In this document: one piece after another, positions 53,364-62,225 of the stretch
How positions within the stretch are numbered: the stretch's first letter is position 1
Layout of the letters: each line of letters opens with the position of its first letter
Assembly: GCA_051013385.1 (NCBI GenBank)
Contig: CP143273.1
Span: 608,001 to 672,000 of the forward strand
DNA from: Phormidium sp.
GTDB lineage: Bacteria > Cyanobacteriota > Cyanobacteriia > Cyanobacteriales > Aerosakkonemataceae
DNA length: 64,000 nucleotides
Direction of reading: 5' to 3'
The notes under the pieces: model-generated
What the model saw: the letters and a program-made list of their open reading frames with translations, nothing else
Told to the model about the DNA's origin: nothing
Database searches by the model: none
Translations under genes and position numbers: made by a program

Positions 53364-53737
53364 ATTTTAGTTGTTAACAGTTAATTGAATGCGATCGGAT
53401 CGGTTACGCCAGAACCAGAGCGATCGCAAAAGTTCTCGCTCTACTGAAACTGTGATTAACTGCGATCGCATTCGAGTATTTTGGTCATCAACTCGCACAG
53501 GCTGATGTTGATCAGCCAAAACCCATTCAGCATAGCGGCGAACATAATCACGAGAATCATTACGAACCAAACGCGCTGCCTCACAACCATGTAGGCGGTT
53601 TGCCATTGGTTGTAATCATCATCAACGATAATTGTCTGCGATCGTCCAACGGGGCACAGGCAGATCCCATTTCTCCGGTCATAGCCCACACTTATCACTA
53701 TAGCCAGCAAGACTTATAGCATAACTCATTGAATTTG

Positions 53738-53776
53738 TTGACATATAGTAAATAAAACGTTACATTTATTTACATA
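53738..53776 (+). promoter_or_regulatory. Sigma70-type promoter overlapped by an HLR1 (RpaB) box
   Basis: TTGACA-N17-TACATT; GTTACATT-TA-TTTACATA at 53759-53776 matches the HLR1 consensus. Confidence 0.75.
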
Positions 53777-53804
53777 AGGAAACAAACGAGAGAGAGAAAA
53801 ACAA

Positions 53805-53972
53805 ATGTACACCACTAATAACGAAGGCATTTTGAACAACTACGCTGCTGAACCCACCGTTTACTTTGCTGAGTACCCTTCACAAGAACAGCAACAGCGT
53901 TACCTGTTTCAAGGTGCTCTTTCAGTTATGTTTGTTACCCTGTTAGTTTTGACTGCTTTTGGGGTTAGCTAA
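53805..53972 (+). CDS. psb34: Psb34/Ssl1498-family photosystem II assembly protein (absent from the ORF track)
   Basis: MYTTNNEGILNNYAAEPTVYFAEYPSQEQQQRYLFQGALSVMFVTLLVLTAFGVS. Confidence 0.88.
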   Translation: MYTTNNEGILNNYAAEPTVYFAEYPSQEQQQRYLFQGALSVMFVTLLVLTAFGVS

Positions 53973-54026
53973 GGTTTGATTTTAACTAAGGTGAATCGCG
54001 TCTAGTATCGGAATTCTCCCAATCAG

Positions 54027-54051
54027 CCTCAGTCTAAAAACTGAGGTTTTT
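54027..54051 (+). terminator. Rho-independent terminator
   Basis: CCTCAGT-loop-ACTGAGG followed by TTTTT. Confidence 0.7.
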
Positions 54052-54101
54052 GCTATTGTTTGCTTCAGCTAAAAACTCAAAATAAATCCACCTCCTAAAA
54101 T

Positions 54102-54383
54102 TCACATCCACACTTCCGACAACAATTCAGCAATTGCTGTCACACCTGTTCGTAAAGCATTTGTTCCAGTAAAAGTTGTGCCATCTTCATCAGTGAAATT
54201 CCCGCAATTATCCCAACCCGGAACATTCGCTAAAGCTAAACTCTTGCCTAGTTGATAAACTGCTTCTTCAATAACATCTTGACTAAAACTAAGTTCCTCT
54301 TTAACTTTCTTACATTTCTCGGCAATCAATTCCAGTTCTACCAATTGCTGATATTGTTCTGCTGTCAAGTTACTCGGTTTCAC
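54102..54383 (-). CDS. Hypothetical protein
   Basis: 93-aa GTG ORF with protein-like composition. Confidence 0.5.
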   Translation of the reverse strand: MKPSNLTAEQYQQLVELELIAEKCKKVKEELSFSQDVIEEAVYQLGKSLALANVPGWDNCGNFTDEDGTTFTGTNALRTGVTAIAELLSEVWM

Positions 54384-54851
54384 ACAGTTAATTATTTATG
54401 GCTACTCAAAAGTTTTTTTTTGACTGAAGATGTCTCTTTTTATTCTCGCGATCGCCTTTTTTCTCCATAATTGTGACAGTTCTGGGTGCAGAATGTGGGT
54501 TATAAAGCAAGTTTGGGCTTTATTTGGGCTTAATTTTTGTTTAAGTCCTGATAAAAAATGTAAATAAGTATTACGAAAAAGTATATATCTTATAAATAAT
54601 TAGTTGTTTTGTATGAGATATTTGAGGTAGCTCGTTAGCTTGTGCAATAACAGCGACTAGCAAATGGCTTTTTAGAAAAAAATATGCACGGCAAATTGAT
54701 TAAGTAGGTAGAAAGAAAAAATCTTAGGAGTAGGCAACTAACGTAAAAGATCTTCCTGTGAAAGTATCTGATCTTTTTACGAATAGTTGCTGATATTAAC
54801 TTCAAATCATTACTTACTTATTTACACATTAATATCGATCGGGATGCTTCT

Positions 54852-57800
54852 ATGACCAATACCCTTTTAGTTCCCATTCACCTTGATGCACTATACCTTC
54901 CCAGTAATACTGCGGTGCTGGAGGAGATGACCGATTACAGTAAGCTTCCCTACCGTAAATCAGGGAAAGTAATCAATTCTCAATCTGCTTATCTGAGCGA
55001 AACCGTATTGTCGCTACCATTTAAAAATCTTAACTTGAGCTTGAACGCTGGCATCCACCTCCACTGGCTTTTGCCGGATGCCTTGATGACAGGTAAAGCA
55101 GAATCAGATGGGATTACTTTTCCCCTGGTTCCCAATCGCTGGTTAATCGTGCGGCGAGGGGGTAACAAACCAGAAAAACAATGGGTTGTTGCCAGTGATT
55201 ATCTTTATGCTGAGAACGAGACACCACAGGATGGGATTAATATTCTCTATGAGCCGGGTAATGGTGAGTACCAGCCTTTTCGCTTTCTAGGACGCAAGTG
55301 GGAGTTAAATCAATGGCGATCGGGTTCAGCGAATGCCCAATATATTGAAGCCTTGACAGCTATTGGCCCTTTTGCCAAAGTTGATAGCTTAGATAACGAA
55401 AAGGCAGCTTTTGCTGGTTTTTATCCGAACTGCCGCAGCGTTTTTGGCTTTCACGATGCAGAGTTCACAAGTCCAACCCCACCCACTGGCTTGCAATACG
55501 ATGTCATTGGTTGGTACAGCGACAGCGAAAAAGATTGTCTGAGCAAATTTTTGCAAGAACATTCAGGAAGCACTTCTCAAAACCTTTTGGAAGAGTTGCA
55601 AGAAAAATTCGGCTGGACAACAGATATATCTAACAACCAGAACTTTCCTAATCGTATTCTGTGCCACGCTTCCTTGAAGTTTGAATCCAGCGGTTCACTT
55701 GTCGATCCAGCAGCAACCCTTCCCAATCCGACGATCGCTGTGGGTAATAGCCCCGAAGAAGCCATAGCTGCTTATTTAGCCTGTCAGCTTGATGGTGACA
55801 TAGAGAAACGCAAAATAATTGAAGAACAGTTAGAAGCTCTACAAATGAGCGATCGCTTGGAAAAAGTAGAGCTTGATTTCGGCCCGAAATTTCGACAAGC
55901 ACTACAAGAAAACAGCTTTGTTGGATATACAAAGGAGATGCTGTGGCGGGTGATACCAGAAAGCAACTCAGAAGTTTCTGCCAATGCCGCCCAAGGAGAA
56001 GCTCAGATGCAAGTGACTTTACCAACTAGCATCGGCAACCAGATCGATAAAGTTAATGAATTACAGCACCAATACGATCGAAAATTAGCAGAAATTGCCT
56101 CGATTCGAGAACAAGTCTATGCTGACTGGTACAAATATATGCTCGCCAGCTATGTGGGTGAAAAGAGAATACTAAAGGGTAAACCGACAGCGTTTCAAAA
56201 TAGAAGCGATAGCGATCTAACCAAAACATTCATTGAACTGCCACCCAAGCAACCTAATAAAAAATCTTGCAATCAATATGGACTACCTTCCTTAAATCAG
56301 GAGATTAGGACTGCTGGTGTTTTAAGTTTAACCAGAGACGATCGGGATGAAATTACTACTGCCTCAGCACCCAATTCTCAAAGCAAATCTATTGCTACCC
56401 AACTTGCCCAATCGATTAATACACTGAACGTTAACATTGAGCGATTTAATAAAGAATCCCGTTTAATTGCTCCTCATGGTAGCCAACTGACAGTAGAAGG
56501 CGATTGTACCTTAGTGGCGGATTCAGTTGCAGGTAAGTGTTTACATTTTAATGGTACTCAGGATTATTTAAAGGTATCTGGATTACAGAATATCCAGTCA
56601 ATTTCAATTTGGGTAAAACTACCAGACATCTCTACAGGATTGGGTTATCTTTTGGATGCCAGAAATGACCTAGCCAACAGTTGGTTTACTGCCAATTCTA
56701 TTAGTGGAATTGGTAGTAATTGGGAAAAAATGTATATCAATGGTAAACAACAGCCACTCGATTGGCAAAGTATTCCTAAGAATCAGTGGGTTTTTGTTTA
56801 TTTACAAGCTAAGAGTGGGTTTAGCGGTGCTATTCATTTAATGTCCAACTTTAACCAAGCTGAAAATTTATCGGGTGACATCGCCAGCGTTACCTTCCAC
56901 ACAGAACCTCTATCACCTGAAGAAATCCAGCAGAGTTATGCAGATAAAAGCGGTTTACTCAGACCATCTTACATCCTGAAAATAGTTCCGGGGCCGCGCT
57001 ACTGGCAGCCTAGAGATCCAGTGATTTTAATGACTGGGGATGCCGTGAAATCTACCCGCTATCAGGAAGAAGAGGATTTGAATGAAGATGATTTACTCAA
57101 ATGTGAGTTGTTAACCGAAACTATTGATTGGCAGCAATTTCCAGAAAACGTTTTAACAATTATCCTCAGTGAAATTGACGAAATTGATAAAAAATCGAGG
57201 AAAAAGGTTGGCTTTTATAATTGGGAAAATCAGCCTTGGCATCCCTTCATATTGGAATGGTCAATACAATTTTTTTCCTTAGAACATAACACTCAAGGTA
57301 ATGTTGCCAACACCTTGGGAAACTACGAACCTAAAATCCTGCAAAACTATCGAAAGCTGGCTGAAGATGCGGTTAAAAATAACTACGATCCTAACACTGT
57401 TAAAATTAACTACGAATTTCAAGTGAATGCAGTTGAACTTTCCCCTATAAGCACAACATGGAGTGAGTATCTTCAGAAAAATGCTAATCTTTACAGTGGT
57501 GCGAGTTTCCTTTCTTCCTCTGCCAGCACGCTCTTAAAAGGTAATCTCATAGATTACTTAAATAAACATTTGCTGCCCAAGTATTACGAAGCCGAAAAGA
57601 TCCCTGAAGACAAGCAAACAAAAGACTTCTTGAAGGATAACCTAAATGCTGTAAAAAACTGGTATCAACAGCAAAACTCCTCGATCGCCGATCCGATTTA
57701 TACAGCATTACAAGCTTACGAACAACTGCAAACTCTCAACTGCCTCGCCCAGAGTATCGGTGGCTTTAACGACGCATTGCTGACTTATAACCGCACAATG

Positions 57801-59189
57801 CAGTTGGGAGTGAACGATACCTTGGTGACACCTGAATTAAAAAAACAGTTTTTAGAACCAGTGAAAAAGGCTGTTAAAAGTGCTAATCAGCTTGTACCGG
57901 ATAGTATTTTGCGATCGCCTTACTTGGGTAACAATTTTAATCCCCTCCGCGCTGGGGCATTGAAAATTAGCGGACTGCGAATCATTGATACCTTTGGGCG
58001 AGTCAAAGTCGTGGTTGATATCAAAAATCCTCAAACAACAGCGATCGTCACCAGTCAACCCCTAACACCCCCACCCCAATGCCCATATCCAATTTACTTA
58101 CCGCCCCGTTTGGCACAACCTGCCCGATTGAATCTACGCTGGTTATCTGCCAATCAGGGACAGAGGCAAATGAACGATCACCCCAATACAAGCCCAGTTT
58201 GTGGCTGGATTTTACCAAATAATTTAGAAAGTAGCCTGACGATTTACGATGGAGAGGGTCTTTCTCTGGGCATTATTGACCGCACAGCCACTTGGCGAGC
58301 AATTCCTGGTAGTAATGAACAGATCCCTATTGATTCCATTGCCAATCCCTACCTACGGCAAATGGTCAAATTTCTAGTTACCCAAGGAAAGGAAAGTGGA
58401 TTTTTCTGCGATTTCCTGACTACTGTAAATAAGTCTTTAGAAACAATCGATCCAGAAGGCTTTGCTCAAAATCAAGCTATATCTTTGCTGGTATCACGTC
58501 CTCTCGCTTTAGTGCGATCGAAAGTCAATTTAGAACTGCAAGGATTACCTGCGATCAGCCAGAATATTACTGCCTTTTCTGCGGATGTTTTTGTTAACGA
58601 CGATCGAACTAATGATGCTTTCCCGAAGATCAAGTTTCCCATTCGCATTGGCGAATATAAGCAGTTCAACGACAGTTTAGTGGGTTACTGGTTGGAAACA
58701 GCTGATAATACTTACAAAGATGGCGTTTTTTATGCTCCTCAAAGTTGCTATGTTCCCCATCCAAAAATTAAAACTTTGTTCGATAGTGCCACAGATCCCA
58801 CACCTGATACGCCAGTAAACCTGGAGCAAACTTTAGAAGCAAACACAGAACAAACTCTAGTCATGTTAATCGATCCACGAGGTCAAATTAATGCGAGTTG
58901 CGGAGTCCTCCCGGCTAAAAGGATTTCTATTCCTCCAGAACAGTATCTTCCTGCTTTAAAAACAATATCGATCGCTTTCCTTTCCGCCCCACTTTTGAGC
59001 GATTTGAAACAGATTAATCTCTCACTTCCTGAAGTGCCTGGTTATGCTTGGTCTTGGTTAGGGAAAGAGGGAAATAATTGGTCAAGCCATCCACTACATC
59101 CTTTTAATTCTCAAGCGATTTTTAGCGATCGCCAGAAAATTTATGAGGGCTGGATAAAGTTAAGTAGAAAAGTAAAAGCTAATGAATGA
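54852..59189 (+). CDS. Giant uncharacterised protein with a LamG/concanavalin-like insert
   Basis: 1445 aa; GIHLHWLLPDAL...VPNRWL N-terminus; CLHFNGTQDYL...SISIWVK...MYING LamG-like segment. Confidence 0.8.
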   Translation: MTNTLLVPIHLDALYLPSNTAVLEEMTDYSKLPYRKSGKVINSQSAYLSETVLSLPFKNLNLSLNAGIHLHWLLPDALMTGKAESDGITFPLVPNRWLIVRRGGNKPEKQWVVASDYLYAENETPQDGINILYEPGNGEYQPFRFLGRKWELNQWRSGSANAQYIEALTAIGPFAKVDSLDNEKAAFAGFYPNCRSVFGFHDAEFTSPTPPTGLQYDVIGWYSDSEKDCLSKFLQEHSGSTSQNLLEELQEKFGWTTDISNNQNFPNRILCHASLKFESSGSLVDPAATLPNPTIAVGNSPEEAIAAYLACQLDGDIEKRKIIEEQLEALQMSDRLEKVELDFGPKFRQALQENSFVGYTKEMLWRVIPESNSEVSANAAQGEAQMQVTLPTSIGNQIDKVNELQHQYDRKLAEIASIREQVYADWYKYMLASYVGEKRILKGKPTAFQNRSDSDLTKTFIELPPKQPNKKSCNQYGLPSLNQEIRTAGVLSLTRDDRDEITTASAPNSQSKSIATQLAQSINTLNVNIERFNKESRLIAPHGSQLTVEGDCTLVADSVAGKCLHFNGTQDYLKVSGLQNIQSISIWVKLPDISTGLGYLLDARNDLANSWFTANSISGIGSNWEKMYINGKQQPLDWQSIPKNQWVFVYLQAKSGFSGAIHLMSNFNQAENLSGDIASVTFHTEPLSPEEIQQSYADKSGLLRPSYILKIVPGPRYWQPRDPVILMTGDAVKSTRYQEEEDLNEDDLLKCELLTETIDWQQFPENVLTIILSEIDEIDKKSRKKVGFYNWENQPWHPFILEWSIQFFSLEHNTQGNVANTLGNYEPKILQNYRKLAEDAVKNNYDPNTVKINYEFQVNAVELSPISTTWSEYLQKNANLYSGASFLSSSASTLLKGNLIDYLNKHLLPKYYEAEKIPEDKQTKDFLKDNLNAVKNWYQQQNSSIADPIYTALQAYEQLQTLNCLAQSIGGFNDALLTYNRTMQLGVNDTLVTPELKKQFLEPVKKAVKSANQLVPDSILRSPYLGNNFNPLRAGALKISGLRIIDTFGRVKVVVDIKNPQTTAIVTSQPLTPPPQCPYPIYLPPRLAQPARLNLRWLSANQGQRQMNDHPNTSPVCGWILPNNLESSLTIYDGEGLSLGIIDRTATWRAIPGSNEQIPIDSIANPYLRQMVKFLVTQGKESGFFCDFLTTVNKSLETIDPEGFAQNQAISLLVSRPLALVRSKVNLELQGLPAISQNITAFSADVFVNDDRTNDAFPKIKFPIRIGEYKQFNDSLVGYWLETADNTYKDGVFYAPQSCYVPHPKIKTLFDSATDPTPDTPVNLEQTLEANTEQTLVMLIDPRGQINASCGVLPAKRISIPPEQYLPALKTISIAFLSAPLLSDLKQINLSLPEVPGYAWSWLGKEGNNWSSHPLHPFNSQAIFSDRQKIYEGWIKLSRKVKANE

Positions 59190-59376
59190 AAACTCAGAAA
59201 TTGAAATCCAATTAACTTTAGGCGAAATCAACCAAATCTTAGATGCTTTGGGTAGCCTTCCTTATCGCCAAGTTTATCAAGTGATTGGCAAGATTCAGCA
59301 GCAAGCAGAATCGCAATTACAGCAGTTCGATCGCCCAAATGAACTGTCGCCCGAAACCGAATTTGTTAGCAAGTAA
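59182..59376 (+). CDS. Small helical protein
   Basis: EINQILDALGSLPYRQVYQVIGKIQQQA; overlaps the upstream stop; resembles small proteins next to phage tail-fibre genes (inference). Confidence 0.65.
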   Translation: MNENSEIEIQLTLGEINQILDALGSLPYRQVYQVIGKIQQQAESQLQQFDRPNELSPETEFVSK

Positions 59377-59401
59377 TCAATTGATTTTACGGAGTACCAT
59401 C

Positions 59402-62035
59402 ATGATTAAAAGACTTCCTACTTCATTTCCCAAAGCTTTAGCAAATAAAAGATACGCCTTACATCTTGATGAATTATCATCAGAACAACCTTTAAATTTT
59501 CAGCTTTATTATGCTAAAAATGAACAAAAAAGAGTTGTTAACACCATCTATTTAGAAGATGGTAATCCCAAATTAGATTTATATTTGGAAATACTGAATG
59601 ACTCATCAGAAAAAATTGAGCTTAAGAGTCCCTCTGCTGGATCGCAAACTGCCCAAAGTGGAGAAGAGGAATATGCTCATTTCAATAGATGTCATTTTTA
59701 TATCCAACTCGAAAAACAAATTCAAATCAAGTTGGAAGAAATTTCAATAGAATCAAAGGATCAATGGCAAGTAAATTATGATGAAGAGAACAATTTTATA
59801 ACCATATATTTTCTCCACAAGAATGGCTTGGTTTTGCAGCCTAGCACTTCACTCAATGGCTCCGATAAAGTTTTGCTAAAATTTCAAAATTTAGCAGCTA
59901 ATAATCCCACAGTTAAAACCACTAATGTAGAGTTTGTTTATAACTCTTATCACCCCGGAGAAATTGGAAAATTATCTCAACCCGAAGATATTGAAGAACT
60001 AGATGACGAAGAACTAGATGACGAAGAACTAGATGAAACACAAATGGCAGAAAAATGGAGAAAGAAAAGCTTTCCCAAGCGATTAAGCGTGAAAACACCT
60101 ATATCTATTACACATCATCCTGACAAAAACAATATTTTGCTACAATGGCGCTTTATTGGTTCTAACGCTATCATCAATGATGGAACTACTGGTAATGAAC
60201 TGAATCTGAAGATATTCAATCGTTCCCTATTGAACTATAATCGGCCTAATGTGTTATTAGACAAAATGAATTCTAAATTTATTGTCAGCTTTGAAACTGG
60301 CGATAAATCAGAAGCCTTGACAACACTAGATAAAGCAAAAGAAATCAGCATCACCACAACAGATTCCCAGAACTGGAAGATAAACAGAACCCAAAATTCA
60401 GCAGAGTGGACAATTCAGCTCAACGACACTTCAAATAAAGACAAATTAGCCCCTGGAGAGGGAATCGAACTCAATATTAAAAATCTAGTAAGCAGCAAAG
60501 CTTCTGGTGTCAGCTATTTGTACATTACTTATCAAAACATTGGTGACTATCCCGATGGACAGTTGGTTGTACCAATTGAAAAAACACCACTTTTATATCG
60601 AGGGGCGCAGGTTGGTATTGGTATCAAATCTCCCTCAGCTCAACTCCATGTAGGTGGAACTATTCAAGCAAAAGGCGACAACGAAACTCTAATAGGGCTA
60701 GTAGTTAAACCAACTTTTGACAATAATCAGAAAAATAATATTAAACCATTAGGATTGTTAGTTCATGGTGCTTCAGCCACAACAGAAATCGAAACAAAAG
60801 AAGTTGTGCGGTTTGTCAGACCCGGAGTTAGTGGTGTGAAGAATAGCAACAGTATAGGCTTTAAGGTTGGTTCGTATGAGCCAGGTATAAAAGGGAAAAC
60901 TCAACTGGATATAACACTCTCTAGCGATCCACAAGACAGTAACAACTGGGGTAATGTACCAGATGTAACGGTAATGTCTTTCCTCGCTGATGGTAAGGTT
61001 GGGATTGGCACGAAAAAGCCAAAGAGTAACCTTTCTATCAGTAATAATTATAAGGATAAAACCCAAGAAGCAGGTGTACTTGGAGAGATAACTTTTGTTG
61101 GGTATGATGATAGAAAATATGCTTCTGCATCTATTAAAGCAGAAAGTCCAAGTTGGGACGATCGAAGTCATCTCATCTTTATGACTAGCTCTGATGGTAC
61201 AAGCCCAAAAGAACGTATGCGTATTACGAATAATGGCAATATCGGTATCGGCACGACGAATCCATCAGCCAAATTAGAAATTGATGGCGGAGACATAAAA
61301 ATTGCCTCAGAGGATAAGGGAATTTTATTTGCTGATGGAGCCAAAATCTACAAAAAATCTGGTAGTGGGCTAAAAATTCAACTTGGAGCTATTCAAGCAA
61401 AACACGACAACGAAACTCTAATAGGACTAGAAGTTAAACCAACTTTTGACAATAATCAGAAAAAGAATGTTAAACCATTAGGATTGTTAGTTTACGGTGC
61501 TTCAGCCACAACAGAAATCGAAACAAAAGAAGTTGTGCGGCTTGTCAGACCCGCAAAGGATAAGAAGAATTCTAACAGTGTAGACTTCAAAGTTGGTGCA
61601 GCTGAGGCAGGCGAGGGTGGAAAAACTCGACTGGATATAGCACTCTCTAGTGATGCAAAAGACAGCAACAACTGGGGTAATGTACCAGATGTAACGGTAA
61701 TGTCTTTAAATGCTGGCACGACTTCTTCCCCAAATAATGTGGATGTCTATGGGGATTTTCATATCAAAGGAAAGAAACCTATCGAATATAAATACTATTC
61801 AGTAGACGGAGATAATCAAACTATTGAGACAGGTTATGATGTGAAAGATTGGATTGCAGTAGTAGGGGGGGTTGACTCTGTTGCACACACTGCATTTATG
61901 AGTGGCTTGATGTTGATACCTGAAGAAAGAAATAGCAAATGGATAATCAGGTGCGATCTGGCTGGAGTAACTGACAAATATTGGAAAATTATAGTTTTGT
62001 TTATTAGAAAAGAATTAGTTTCTGTAAAGACATGA
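59402..62035 (+). CDS. Tail-fibre-like repeat protein
   Basis: Three VGIG/IGIG motifs (e.g. NGNIGIGTTNPSAKLEI) and a ~105-aa internal duplication; start placed at ATG 59402 after GGAG. Confidence 0.7.
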   Translation: MIKRLPTSFPKALANKRYALHLDELSSEQPLNFQLYYAKNEQKRVVNTIYLEDGNPKLDLYLEILNDSSEKIELKSPSAGSQTAQSGEEEYAHFNRCHFYIQLEKQIQIKLEEISIESKDQWQVNYDEENNFITIYFLHKNGLVLQPSTSLNGSDKVLLKFQNLAANNPTVKTTNVEFVYNSYHPGEIGKLSQPEDIEELDDEELDDEELDETQMAEKWRKKSFPKRLSVKTPISITHHPDKNNILLQWRFIGSNAIINDGTTGNELNLKIFNRSLLNYNRPNVLLDKMNSKFIVSFETGDKSEALTTLDKAKEISITTTDSQNWKINRTQNSAEWTIQLNDTSNKDKLAPGEGIELNIKNLVSSKASGVSYLYITYQNIGDYPDGQLVVPIEKTPLLYRGAQVGIGIKSPSAQLHVGGTIQAKGDNETLIGLVVKPTFDNNQKNNIKPLGLLVHGASATTEIETKEVVRFVRPGVSGVKNSNSIGFKVGSYEPGIKGKTQLDITLSSDPQDSNNWGNVPDVTVMSFLADGKVGIGTKKPKSNLSISNNYKDKTQEAGVLGEITFVGYDDRKYASASIKAESPSWDDRSHLIFMTSSDGTSPKERMRITNNGNIGIGTTNPSAKLEIDGGDIKIASEDKGILFADGAKIYKKSGSGLKIQLGAIQAKHDNETLIGLEVKPTFDNNQKKNVKPLGLLVYGASATTEIETKEVVRLVRPAKDKKNSNSVDFKVGAAEAGEGGKTRLDIALSSDAKDSNNWGNVPDVTVMSLNAGTTSSPNNVDVYGDFHIKGKKPIEYKYYSVDGDNQTIETGYDVKDWIAVVGGVDSVAHTAFMSGLMLIPEERNSKWIIRCDLAGVTDKYWKIIVLFIRKELVSVKT
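59993..60036 (+). repeat. 15-nt tandem repeat (GAAGAACTAGATGAC) x~3 encoding EELDD
   Basis: Seen directly in the sequence. Confidence 0.85.
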
Positions 62036-62225
62036 TATAGGAGTTTTGAAAACAAACTCTCTAAAGTCAACTATCAATTTTAGGAATTCTGCATTCCAAA
62101 TAAGAGGCTTTTTCAGAGCAATCACCTGGTTGCTGTCTACATCAAGCGTCGCTGTATCAGGGTTGATTTTGAAAAGTTACTAAGAGCCTACAAAGCCTAC
62201 ATCAACATCTACCAAACCTAAACCT

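Noticed and set aside
53367..53710. Overlapping short minus-strand ORFs
   Set aside because: No recognisable motif or consistent frame; cannot be supported as genes
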